This document shows, one piece after another, positions 48,857-60,180 of a stretch of 64,000 nt of DNA (positions within the stretch are counted from its first letter, which is position 1; every line of letters begins with the position of its first letter). The notes under the pieces are model-generated. The model searched no databases. It saw only the letters and a list, made by a program, of their open reading frames with translations, and had not been told where the DNA came from. A program made the position numbers and the translations under genes. Source of the DNA: Chiloscyllium plagiosum (lineage: Eukaryota); NCBI RefSeq assembly GCF_004010195.1, contig NC_057760.1:1369606-1433605 (forward strand), given 5' to 3'.

Positions 48857-50844
48857 CCGGAAAAGGGAAACCTTGCCAATACACATCCAGTCTTCCCACG
48901 ACCCCTCTTCCCCCCCCCCCTCCCTCCGAACCCCTGTGAGCATTTCGTTTGTACACTGTGACGCGGCTGAGGTGTTTCCACCACCCACCCACTGTCCTGT
49001 GGGCACTGAGCAGAGAAGGCGAAGGGCATCCCTCCAGCAGGGAGACAGCCGTCCTGTCCCGTGAACCCCCACTCTCTCTCTGAATTCGGGGAAGCTTATT
49101 CTTTGTGGTCCAGTGCTCCGGCCTGGTCGGAATTCCACCGGGAGGACACGATGCATCTATGTGTATCCGGAGCGGGGAGTCTCCATTTCCCTCTGCTCAA
49201 AGCCGTGCTTGGTATTTGCTCTGTGCCTGTATTCAGGACTCCAGGTGAGACTCTTTGGAGCACTGATGCTGATGTTGTCAGTGTACGTTCCTGCTTGGTC
49301 TTGCGCTTGGGTAGTGTTTCAAAGCTTTTGCTTTTTGTTCCGGGGAGGGGTGGGGGGGGGTGTTTAGTTAAAAGCAGGAAAGCACGATCACCTCTGCCTG
49401 TCTCTGTTCATGCCAAGGAGGCTGCACGCAAAACCGTTGCGGCGTGTGTTCTCTCACCCCCTCCCCCTGCCCCAGGGGAGAGCGGTCCCCTGATAGACGA
49501 TGGGGCGCTTTTCCTTCCGGGTGCAGGTCGCCATGCTGTCTGCAGAAGTGGTGCGTACCCGCCGAGGATGTACTGCAGTGAGGTCTCCTTCAGTAGCACC
49601 TTCCAGATCCCCCCACCCTCTCCAAGGACAAGGGCACGGGGACCCCCACTATCTGTAGAATTCCCTTCTGAGCCCCACACATCATCCTGGCTTGGAGCTG
49701 TGTCGGTGAGCACTTCCTTGTCAGTAGACGAAAGCCCCGGACAGTCCTCCCTAATGGTACTCCACCCCCTCCCCCCTCCTTAACAGGATGATTTAGGGGG
49801 TGAGAATGAATTTTAAAGCTCAGTGTTGCTTTGCGGGACCCCTCCCCCCGAGAGCTCATACACACCGCGAGTGTGGGGATAACCTTTTTCTCTTGGCTCC
49901 CTTTGAGGTCAAGTGGGTGGGGACATCTGGCTCGGGCCCTGTGCTTGGGGAGAGGCCTCCCCCAGTAACTTCACCGACCAAATTCCGTCTCATCTGATGG
50001 TGGGTGGTCACTGTCACCTCGGGGGGAATTTGATGTGCTCTTACACCCTCCACAAAACCGCCCTCTCTCTGACAAAATACAGGCGCTTCCACCCTTCTCA
50101 CTGGCCCGGTCAGTATGTGGTGTGACTTAACCCTGTGGTTGTAAAAGATGGACCAGACAATGTTCCCCTGTCTGCCGATCTCGGAGGTCAAGAGTTGACG
50201 TGGAGCATTGGCAGCTACAGGTTGGTTTCCCAGCTCAAGATCCCAGGAGAGCAAAATTGGCACAAACTGTACCATTTTTTTTCCCCTTTTAACAAAAACG
50301 GAAGGAAATGCAGTAACAGGGATTTAAGGGGTCCCTGAATCTTGCCTGACCCCTGACCCCCAAATGAGAGCATGACCTCTTCAGGATTGCGAGCGTTTCG
50401 CACCATCGAGGAGGAGTGACCTGTTTTATTTTTTAAACTTCTCATGTGACGGGACTTTCTAAATAGCTTTTCTAAAAAAAAAAAGGACTTGTAATCTGTG
50501 TATGTAACACACTGACCTGTGCGCCAGTCTGGAAGGTTTTCATTTATTAGAACCTGATGAGTTTTTCAGACCGATCTGGTGCACAAATGTTTGTATTTTC
50601 TTTAATGCTGTAACATAGATTTTTATCAAACTTGTGACTTGTTCAGGAGCAATCATGTTTGTCATCTGTCTTGAAGGAAGCACTGGGTCTTTCACTGTTT
50701 CCTCGTTTGTAAATATGTCAGATTAGTTTCCTAAAGGGGGGCGGGGGGGCCTGGTGGGTTACGGAAGGGACAGTTTGAATATTTCTATGAAAGTATATTA
50801 AAAAGATATAGTAAGGGGTTGCAGCAGCAAAGAAGGAACTGTTG

Positions 50845-51030
50845 CCTGTGTATGCATATGTCTCTTAGTGTCTCTGTGCGCGTGTGTGTGTCTGTGTGCG
50901 CATGTGTCTCTGTTTGTCTCTGTGCGTGTGCGCGTGTGTCTCTCTGTCTGTTTCTGTGCATGTGCGCGTGTGTCTGTGTCTGTGCGTGCGTCTCTGTCTC
51001 TGTGTGTGTGCGGGTCTCTCTGGTCTGTTT
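50845..51030. repeat. Imperfect (TG/TC) microsatellite in the putative 3'UTR
   Basis: gtgtgtgtctgtgtgcgcatgtgtctctg... Confidence 0.9.
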
Positions 51031-52704
51031 GTCATGCTGGCCCACTGACCTCTGTACAATATTTTCTGCTCAGTCAAGCCTATTGCAGTCCTTCTGTTGC
51101 TGCAAGAGAATCTGTTTTGAGAACATGGTGCAGACACAGCCGGTTGCTTGGAGCAAGGTGACATGGGAAAACTGGATTGGATGTTCTGCAAACCTATATT
51201 TAATTGGCAGAATTTTGACATCTAAGGAGAGAACCTGTATTTTAATTACCCCCCCCCCGAAGTGCATGCTCCTATTCCCCTCGAGCCTATCCTTGTTGCA
51301 GTGGGGAATGGCCCCTCTGTTTACTTCTACCCCGTGGACCACCGTACGTGGCACAGTGGCTCCGTGGTTATCACTACTGCCCCTCAGCACCAGGGACCCG
51401 GGTTCTATTCCACTCTCTGGTGACTGTGTAAACTCCTCACAGACATTCTCTCCCCCCCCCTCCCATCTGCATGGGATTCTTTCGGCTGCTCTGGTTTCCT
51501 CCCGTAGTCCAAAGCTGTGTGGGTTCGAGTGGATTGGCCATCCTAGATTGCCCCATAGCGTCCAGGGATGTGCAGGTTAGGTGGGTTAACCATGGGAAGT
51601 GCAGGATGTTTGAAGTAGGGTAAGGGGTTGGGATGCTGTTCAGCGGGGTCGATGTGGACTCAGCAGGCCGAATGCCCTGCTTCCACGCTGTAGGGAGTCT
51701 GTCAATATTTGAGCCCTTCACAGTATTTGGAGCTCAAATGTTTGTCAGCAAAATAGATCTTGTGGTAGGCACCAGTTAAAAGTGATAGTGAAATCTGTCG
51801 GTGTGCCATTTTTAAAAACAAATCGGACAGACTGGGTCACTCGCACCCTTCTGTTTAAGAAGGAAAAGGTGAAGCTTTTCCACTTGTGCAACTTTGGGTG
51901 TGGTGGAGGCAACGATGAACTGCACCTTGATGTGAAGGATGTGTACTTAGTCACACAGCATGGAAGTAGATCCTTTGGTCATGCCGTGTTCCCAAACTAA
52001 ACTAGTCCTACCTTCCTGCTCCTGGCCCATATCCCTCCAAACATTAACTGCTTTTACATCCACCACTTCCTCTGGAAGTTCATTCCACTTGCCAACCACT
52101 AAAACAAAAAAAAATTACCACTCATGTCCTTTTGAAGGCGAGAGGAGCAAGATTTCAAAACATGCCCCCAGTCTTGAAAAATTGTCGGGAAAAGAGCTTT
52201 GCTATTCATATTTTATATGTACCCTTCTAAGCCTCTTTAAGGTCACCCCTCAACCTCCAACACTCCAGTGAAAAAAGGCCTAGCCCGTTCAGCCTCTCCT
52301 CTTTAAAGCTCAAACCCTCCATTCTCAGTAACATTCTGGTAAATCTCTTCTGAACCCTCCCCAGCTTAATAATATCCTTCCTCGTAACAATGAAAGTTGG
52401 TTTTCTGTCTCTGATTTTTATCATGGGGGTCACTACTGAGGGGTGTGTCAACACAGCAGAGGCCATTCTGCTCCAGAGCCATTCTGCTATCCAATCTGCT
52501 TACCACTCCCAATTACCCACCTTGGTTCCGTATCCTTTCATCCCCTTTTCCCCCAACAAAGTAAATGCATCTGCCATAAAAATAAAATCTTAAACCATCT
52601 GTTCACCTCAGACTTGACATTTTATTTCAGTTGATCTCCAGTATTTGTGGACCCAGTCCTCATATCTCAACTTTTTCCCCCCTTTTTCCCTTCGTGTGAA
52701 GAAG

Positions 52705-52761
52705 NNNNNNNNNNNNNNNNNNNNNNNNNNNNNNNNNNNNNNNNNNNNNNNNNNNNNNNNN
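52705..52761. other. Assembly gap (57 N)
   Basis: Run of N. Confidence 1.
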
Positions 52762-54481
52762 TAAGTGCACTCTGCTACCTCAGAGCCAGTCCTTTTAGAA
52801 TGAGGAGATTCTCTGAGTCTTCCGTTTATAATCCCCCCCACCCCACCCCACAGTACCACTGACCCTAAAGGGAGGCCCAAAGCAGTAGTGCGTGTGATTT
52901 TCCCAAAATCACCTGTGCGTGTGTGTGTGTGTACACCGTGAAAAGCCATCATTGTGCTAATATGTTATACTTCCCACGTCCAGGAAGGCACCCGTTGGCT
53001 AGTGAAACATTAACAAAGTCCTATGAGGAACAAAAGCAGAAGTTACTGGAAAAGCTCAGTAGGTCTGGCAGCAGCCGTGGCGAGAAATCTAACTTGAGTT
53101 TTCTGCTCTGGTGACCCATTCTCCAGAGCTGATGATACCAAGGAATATCCAGGTGCTGCCAGACCTGGTGAGCTTTTCCAGTGGTTTCTTTGTTTTTTTT
53201 GTTTCTGCGTCCGCAGTTGTTTCGGTTTTTATGAATCCTGATGAGGGCCACATTTGTGAAAAAAGTGAGGAGGGGTTTTGATAGCTTCCCTACAGTGTGG
53301 GAACAGGCCCTTCGGCACAACCAGTCCACCCCCCCCCCCTCCAAAGAGTAACCCAAACCCATTTCCCTCTGACCGATGCACCCATCACTATGGGCAATTT
53401 AGCATGGCCAGTTCACCCGACCTACACATCTTTGGACTGTGGGAGGAAACCCACGCAGACACTGGGAGAATATGCAAACACCACACAGACAGTCACCTCG
53501 AGGGGGTGAAATCGAACCCTCCTGGCTCCGTGAGGCAACAGTGCTAACCACTGAGCCACCAGGGAGAGGAGAGGGGACTAAATCAAAGTAGAGTTGGAGG
53601 CGGGAATTTGTATTTTTCCATTTGCGACAGTGGGATGTAATCCCAGGATTACTTGTCTGCTGCCTCTCTCAAACCGCTCCCCCCACCTGATCTGTGCAAC
53701 TCATCATTTTTTCTTAAGTCCTCATTTTCAATACTGGGGAACTCCTTTTGTGCATGGGTGATGCAGATCAGTGAGTATGAAGGAAGTGGGCAGCTTGTTT
53801 AGGGTGGAGGGTGAGGTGCCATATGTGATAGGCTGGTACCCTGTCTCTGCCATGGTCAGGTCAGCCGCCTCCATCGCATGGGTCGTCTCCTGAGCCCAGG
53901 CTGTTCCTGGCAATCTCTCCTTGCGTACGTTTGGCTGTGACCCTCCTGTAATTAGAGGGCAAGCCCCTCACACTCTTATCTGTCTTTCTCTGTGTTTGGA
54001 CGATTCTGCAAGTGTACGGTTCATGATATGAGGCGGGGAGAGGGGTGAGCTGTATGTGTCTGTTTGGGCTGTGAACGTGGCATCATGTAAAGTTTCACAT
54101 CAAGAGTTCAAAGTTGACTATTGGGACACTAGTCGAAAAATGTGGTGCTGGAAAAGCACAGCCGGTCAGGCAGCATCAGAGGAGCAGGAGTCGAGCATAA
54201 GCTCTACGTCAGGAATGTGCTCATGCCCTAAACGCTGACTCCCCTGCTCCTTGGATGCTAACTGACCAGTTGTGCTTTTCCAGAACTTTTTTTTTGACTC
54301 TGATCTCCAACATCTGCAGTCCTCACTTTCTCCTTATTTGGATACTACTCTTGTAGAAATACAATGAACTTCTCTCCCCTCCTTAACCTTCTGTCGTGTC
54401 TCCCTTTACTACCTGTACATGTTTTTAATTTCTTTTTTTTATTTATTCAGATTAACATTGTTAATCTTTCCATCATGTATT

Positions 54482-54487
54482 AATAAA
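54482..54487 (+). terminator. Candidate ARNT polyadenylation signal AATAAA
   Basis: Upstream TGTA motifs and U-rich tract, downstream GT/T-rich tract (ttttgcttgtgtttcctgtttt). Weaker candidates: ATTAAA 50797, AATAAA 52581. Confidence 0.55.
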
Positions 54488-54934
54488 GAAATGAGATACT
54501 CCTTTTGCTTGTGTTTCCTGTTTTATTGATTTTGAAACATGCCCTTCTACCCAGGGCATCCCCTGGATTCAGAGAATGGTGGGCTTTAGCTCCTAACATG
54601 CAGACATGAACCTGCAGATGCAGGTTGCTAGGGAGGTGCTGCACTACCAGGGTTGTATGAGATGCTGAACAAGGTGAGACATAGAGTGTGCAGGTAGATT
54701 CCTTGTTTAGACTGGCAGTGATATTATTGCCTTCTGCACATGACCATTTTGTTCAGTTGTCCTGAGTGAATGATGTGTATTTCCAGTTATGTAGAATAAT
54801 AGGGACAGGGATAGGCCATTTGATCTTTGTTTTTTAATGCCTGCTTTCCCAATTCGATATATGATCGTGGTCCAACTCAGTAGCCTGATCCTGCTTTACT
54901 GCATATCCTTTGAGTAGAAAAGTAGAAAACCTCT

Positions 54935-55285
54935 TCCTGCTGAAGGGCTTAGACTTGAAACGTCGATTCTCCTGCTCTTCGGATGCTGTCTGACTGGCTG
55001 GCTGTGTTTTTCCAGCACTGCACTCTTCAACTCTGATCTGCAGTCCTCACTTTCTCCCCTGTAGGAAAGTGTGGCACTGGAAAAAGCACAGCAGGTCAGG
55101 CAGCATCTGGGAAGCAGGAGGGTCCACGTTTCAGGCATAAGCCCTTCATCAGGAAACCTGAAGAAAGGCTTATGCCTGAAATGTTGACTTTCCTGCTCCT
55201 AAGATGTTGCCTGACTTGCTGTGCTTTTCCCAATGCCACGCTTTTTGATGCTGACTCTGCAGCATCTGCTGTCCTCACTCTCTCC
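54935..55285. mobile_element. Adjacent family A elements including a head-to-head hammerhead pair
   Basis: Minus CTGATGA-a-gggc-ttat-gcct-GAAA abuts plus CTGAAGA(55158)-a-aggc-ttat-gcct-GAAA. Confidence 0.7.
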
Positions 55286-55339
55286 ATATCCTTTGGTCCC
55301 TTTCAGCCTCAAATACTCTAATGTTCTGCCCTTAAGACC

Positions 55340-56030
55340 ATAAGACATAGGAGCGGAAGCCATTCGGCCCATCCAGTCCACTCCGCCATTCAATCATGAC
55401 TGATGGGCATTTCAACTCCACTTACCCGCATTCTCCCCGTATCTCTTAATTCCTTGTGACATCAAGAATTTATCAATTTCTGCCTTGAAGACATTTAGCG
55501 TCCCGGCCTCCATTGCACTCTGCGGCAATGAATTCCACAGGCCCACCACTCTCTGGCTGAAGAAATGTCTCCGCATTTCTGTTCTGAATTTACCCCCTCT
55601 AATTCTAAGGCTGTGTCCATGGGTCCTAGTCTCCTCGCCTAACGGAAACAATTTCCTAGCGTCCACCCTTTCCAAGCCATGTATTATCTTGTAAGTTTCT
55701 ATTAGATCTCCCCTTAATCTTCTAAACTCCAATGAATACAATCCCAGGATCCTCAGCCATTCCTCACATGTTAGACCTACCATTCCAGGGATCATCCGTG
55801 TGAATCTCCGCTGGACACGCTCCAGTGCCAGTATGTCCTTCCTGAGGTGTGGGGACCAAAACTGGACACACTACTCCAAATGGAGCCTAACCAGAGCTTT
55901 ATAAAGTCTCAGTAGCACAACGGTGCTTTTATATTCCAACATTGCATTCGCTTTCTTAATCACGGACTCAACCTGCATGTTTACCTTTAGAGAATCCTCA
56001 ACTAGCACTCCCAGATCCCTCTGTACTTTG
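55340..56030 (-). mobile_element. Relatively young CR1 LINE 3' fragment
   Basis: ORF 55412-55795: LGLYSLEFRRLRGDLIETYKI...FFSQRVVGLWNSLP...FKAEIDKFL. Confidence 0.85.
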
Positions 56031-56876
56031 GCTGAACAAAGAACAAGTGCAGTAAAGAAACCGGCCCTTTGGCCCTCAGCCTGTGCCCTTCTGTACTATA
56101 ACTATCTTCACTTACAGGATCTGTATCCCTCTATTCCCTTCCTATTCATGACTTGGAGGTGCCGCTGTTGGACTGGTGTGGACAAAGTTGAAAATCACCC
56201 AACACCAGGTTATAGTCCAACATGTTTAATTGGAAGCACTAGCTTTTGGAGTGCTGCTCCTTCATCAGGTCCAGGTATTTCTTGAATGCTGCTATTGAGT
56301 CGTGAGTTCATGGAATGCCCTGCCAGTAGCAGTGGTGGACCCTCCCTCTTTATGGGCATTTAAACAGGCATTGGATAGGCATATGGAGGATAGTGGGCTA
56401 GTGTAGGTTAGGTGGGCTTGGGTCGGCGCAACATCGAGGGCCGAAGGGCCTGTACTGCGCTGTATTTTTCTGTTCTATTGTGTCTGATTCCACAATGGTA
56501 AAGCATTCCTTTGTATGAAAGACTTGCCTCGTGCATCTCTTTAAACTTCCCCTCCCCATACCTTAAACCTGTGTCCTGTAGTAATTGACCCCTCCACCCT
56601 GGCTAAATGCTTCCGACTTTCCACTCTATCCATGGCATTCACAACCTTAGAAATTTCTATCAGGTCTCCCTTCAAACTCCTGCATTCCAGTGAAAACAAG
56701 CCTAACCTTTCTTCATAGTTAGAGCCCCCCCCCATACTGGGCCACATCCTGGTCAACTTATTCTGTACTCTGCTTTCTGTAGTGAGTTCTATTCTCTGGC
56801 TCAAGGTATTTATAGAGTCAATGAGCTGTACAGCACAGAAACAGACCCCTTGGTCTAACTCACCCATGCACATTGG

Positions 56877-57183
56877 GGTGGCACGGTGACTCAGTGGTTA
56901 GCACTGCTGTCTCACAGCGCCAGGGACCTAGGTTCGATTCCAGCCTTGGGCAACTGTGTGGAGTTTGCACCTTCTCCCCGTGCCTGTGTGGGTTTCCTCC
57001 GGGTGCTCTGGTTTTCTCCTACAGTCCAAAGATGTGCAGGTGAAGTGAATAGGCCATTCTAAATTGCCTGTAGCGTTTGGTGCATTAGTCAGTGGGAAAT
57101 GGGTCTGGGTGGGTTCCCCTTCGGAGGGTCGGTGTGGACTTGTTGGGCTGATGGGTCTATTTCCATGCTGTAGGGAATCTAAT
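56877..57183 (+). mobile_element. Full-length HE1-like SINE (similar copies at 17040-17345 and 61458-61748)
   Basis: tRNA head with A/B boxes, conserved body, aatct tail. Confidence 0.85.
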
Positions 57184-57469
57184 CATGCCGACTAGATATC
57201 CCACCTGACAGCACCCGGCCCATATCCCTCCAAACCCTCCCTATTCGTACACCCCATCCAGATGCCTTTTAAATGTTGCAATTATTCTGGCCACTTCTCA
57301 TCTCAGACTTGAATATCTTTAGATGCGCCCTTTATTTTAAAAAAAAAATTGGTAGTTAGTGAGAGGATTTTTTAAAAAATAATGTATTATTCATTCATTT
57401 TTCTCTGATCCATCCTCGGAACGAGGCTGAATAGGGAGGGAATCTTCTCAACACCAACATGTAATGCCT

Positions 57470-57720
57470 GTGTGAACTGGGGCGGCTTTGCCAGTATCAA
57501 AGATGGCAGCCCTCTATTCGTCACAGCGAGCGGGAACTGGCCACGACGAGGGTTGTCACGTGGTCTCAGTGGGCAAAAGCGCGCGGTGCGTCGGCGCTCG
57601 AGGCGGCACCTGAGGCGAAGCTGGTTAAGCTAGTTACTGGTTAACGAGTCGTTAATAACCAGTTTGGGGTCAGTGATCACAGGCCAACTTCAGTTCATTT
57701 CCGTCACCGTTAAGGAAGGA
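57470..57720. promoter_or_regulatory. Small CpG-rich promoter-like patch
   Basis: Local CpG cluster; AAGATGGC (YY1-like) near 57500, GTCACGTGG E-box 57555-57563, GCGCGC. Confidence 0.4.
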
Positions 57721-57749
57721 ATCTAGCAATGAATGCCGAGCAATAACCT

Positions 57750-59110
57750 AGTTACTGTTAACTAATTTAACCAGTGCTGAGGAATTAACAAGGATTTCCA
57801 TTATAATCTGGAAATTAACCAGTTTTACTGAGGATTTAATAAGGAACTCTGGAAATTTCACCCAATTTAACCAGTACTGAGGATTTAATAAATTATCAGA
57901 GAAAGTCACATAACTCTTCACAAATTTAACCAAGACTGAGGAATTAATAAGGAACTCTGTCATAATCTGAAAATTTCACCTAATCTAACCAGTACTGAGG
58001 AATTAATAAATTCTCAGTGGAAGTCACATAACTATTAAGTAATTTAACAATACTGAGCAATCAGTATGGATTTCTCAGTCATAATCTGGTAATTAACCAA
58101 TTTAACCAAGACTGAGGAATTAACAAGAACCTCTGTCATAATCTGGAAGTTAACCAGTTTTATTGAGGAATTAATAGGGCACTCTATCATAACCTGGAAA
58201 TGTCACCCAGTTTAACCAATACTAAGGAATTAATAAATTCTCAGTAATGAAAGTCTGGTAACTATCAACTAATTTAACCAATACTGAGGAATTAATACTG
58301 AACTCGGTTGCAATCTGGAAATTAATCGGTTTAATCAATACTGAGGAATTAAGGAACCCTCAGTCATAATCTGGTAATTACCCAGTTTAACCAATACTAA
58401 GTAATTATTAAGGAACCCTCAGTCATAATCTGGTAATTACCCAGTTTAACCAATACTAAATAATTAATAAGGAGCCCTCAGTCATAATCTGGCAATTGAC
58501 CACTTTAACCAATGCTGAGGAATTAATAAATAATTCAATAATTAAGTGGTAATTTCATCCACTTAACCCATACTGAGAAATTAATAAATTCTCAGTGAAA
58601 GTCTGATAACTATTAAGTAATTTAACCAATACTGTGGAATTAAAGAAGCAAAACTAATTTATAAGCAACTCTCAGTATTATGGTAATTATTAAATTTACC
58701 AAGTGGAGAAATCAATAAGCAATCCTCCGTAATAACCTGCTAAATCTTAACCAATACTTGATTAATGCTGAATTCATGAGCAGCTTGATAATTTTAATCA
58801 ATTAAACCAATGCTGAGGATTCAATGGGAAATATTCAGTAATAACAAAGGTAACTAATAGTCAATTTACCAAATATTAAGAAATTAATAAGGAATGCTCA
58901 GTAATAATTCTCGTAAGTGTTAACCAATTTATAAAATACTGAGGAAATAATAGGGAAAATTCAGTAATAACCTGCTGAGTGTTAATCAGCTTAACAAAAA
59001 TTGTGTAACTGATAAGGAACACTCAGGAATAAGCAGGTATGTTTCACTGCTACTGAACAGATAATTCAGAATACTGAGTACTGTACTGAGTAATTACCAA
59101 CACTGATTAC
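57750..59110. repeat. AT-rich degenerate ~58-bp tandem repeat, about 23 units
   Basis: Recurring tttaaccaatactgaggaattaataaggaaccctcagtcataatctgg. Confidence 0.85.
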
Positions 59111-59127
59111 TCAGCATTAATTATGAA

Positions 59128-59440
59128 TTTCTGGATTAGTGGTGCTGGAAGAGCACAGCAGGTCAGGCGGCATCCGAGGAGCAGTAAAACTGACGTTTCG
59201 GGCAAAAGCCCTTCATCAGGAATAGAGGCAGAGAGCCTGAAGGGTGGAGAGATAAGTGAGAGGAGGGTGGGGGTGGGGAGAAAGTCGCATAGAGTACAAT
59301 AGGTGAGTGGGGGAGGGGATGAAGGTGATAGGTCGGGGGGTTGGGGGGAGAGGGTGGAGTGAATAGATGGAAAAGAAGATAGGCAGGTAGGACAAGTCAT
59401 GGGGACAGTGCTGAACTGGAAGTTTGGAACTGGGGTATGA
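59128..59440 (-). mobile_element. Longer family A Penelope-like terminal fragment with intact hammerhead core (59192-59219)
   Basis: Minus strand: pyrimidine-rich leader then CTGATGA-A-GGGC-TTTT-GCCC-GAAA-CG-TC and the family A tail. Confidence 0.65.
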
Positions 59441-59589
59441 CCGATCAAATACTCTAATAAATGAGTAATTTTCAGTCAATTTGCAGTAGTAAACAGAGAT
59501 CCAGTTGTTAGTCACTTTCACTCATCTCCAATTTTGAAGGCCATGGAGTCAGATGAAAGCCCAACAATCCAAGCTGACATTCCCACTGT

Positions 59590-60180
59590 AAGCGCTGAGG
59601 GACTGGGCACTGTTGGTGGGTCAACACTGAGGGACTGGGCACTGTGGGAGAGTCAGCACTGAGGGACTGGGCATTGTGGGAGAGTCTGCGCTGAGGGAGT
59701 GGGTATTGTTGGAGGGTCAGCACTGAAGGAGCGGGCATTGTGGGAGGGTCAGCACTGAAGGAGCGGGTATTGTGGGAGGGTCAGCACTGAGGGAGTGGGC
59801 ACTGTCGGAGGGTCAGCTCTGAGGGAGCAGGCACTGTTGGAGGGTCAGCGCCGAGGAAGTGGGCACTGTCATAGGGTCAGCGCTGAGCAAGCGCTACACT
59901 TTTGGAGGGTTAGTGATCAGGGAGGGCAATGTTGGGGATCAGTGCTGAGGGAGCGGGCACAGTTGGAGGGTCAGTGCAAGGTGAGTGGGCATTGTCAGGG
60001 GGTCAGTGCTGAGGGAGTGCTGCACTGCCAGAGGGTCAGCGCTGAGGGAGCGGGCACAGTTGGAGGGTCAGTGCTGAGGGAGTAGGCGCTGCCGGAGAGT
60101 CAGTGCTGAGGGAGTGCCACACTGTCGGAGGGTCAGTGCTGAGGGAGCGTTGCAGTGTCGGAGTGTCAGCGCTGTCAGAC
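59590..60180. repeat. ~32-bp G-rich tandem repeat, about 18 copies
   Basis: Unit ggagggtcagtgctgagggagtgggcactgt. Confidence 0.9.

Larger units (their letters stand above)
7810..54510 (+). other. ARNT: ARNT gene span (20 exons; TSS and poly(A) site approximate)
   Basis: 19 coding exons join in frame to 712 aa with bHLH, PAS-A, PAS-B/PAC and C-terminal ...FPSFSE*. bHLH residues [18 protein letters not shown] and FLTDQ match ARNT rather than ARNT2 (KMTQY, KSMRG, FLTEQ). Confidence 0.93.

Noticed and set aside
49061..49783. 240-aa ORF after the ARNT stop
   Set aside because: GTG start, no recognisable domain, GC-rich 3'UTR sequence.
50819..51580. 253-aa Cys/Val-rich ORF
   Set aside because: Translation of a TG/TC microsatellite plus a SINE.
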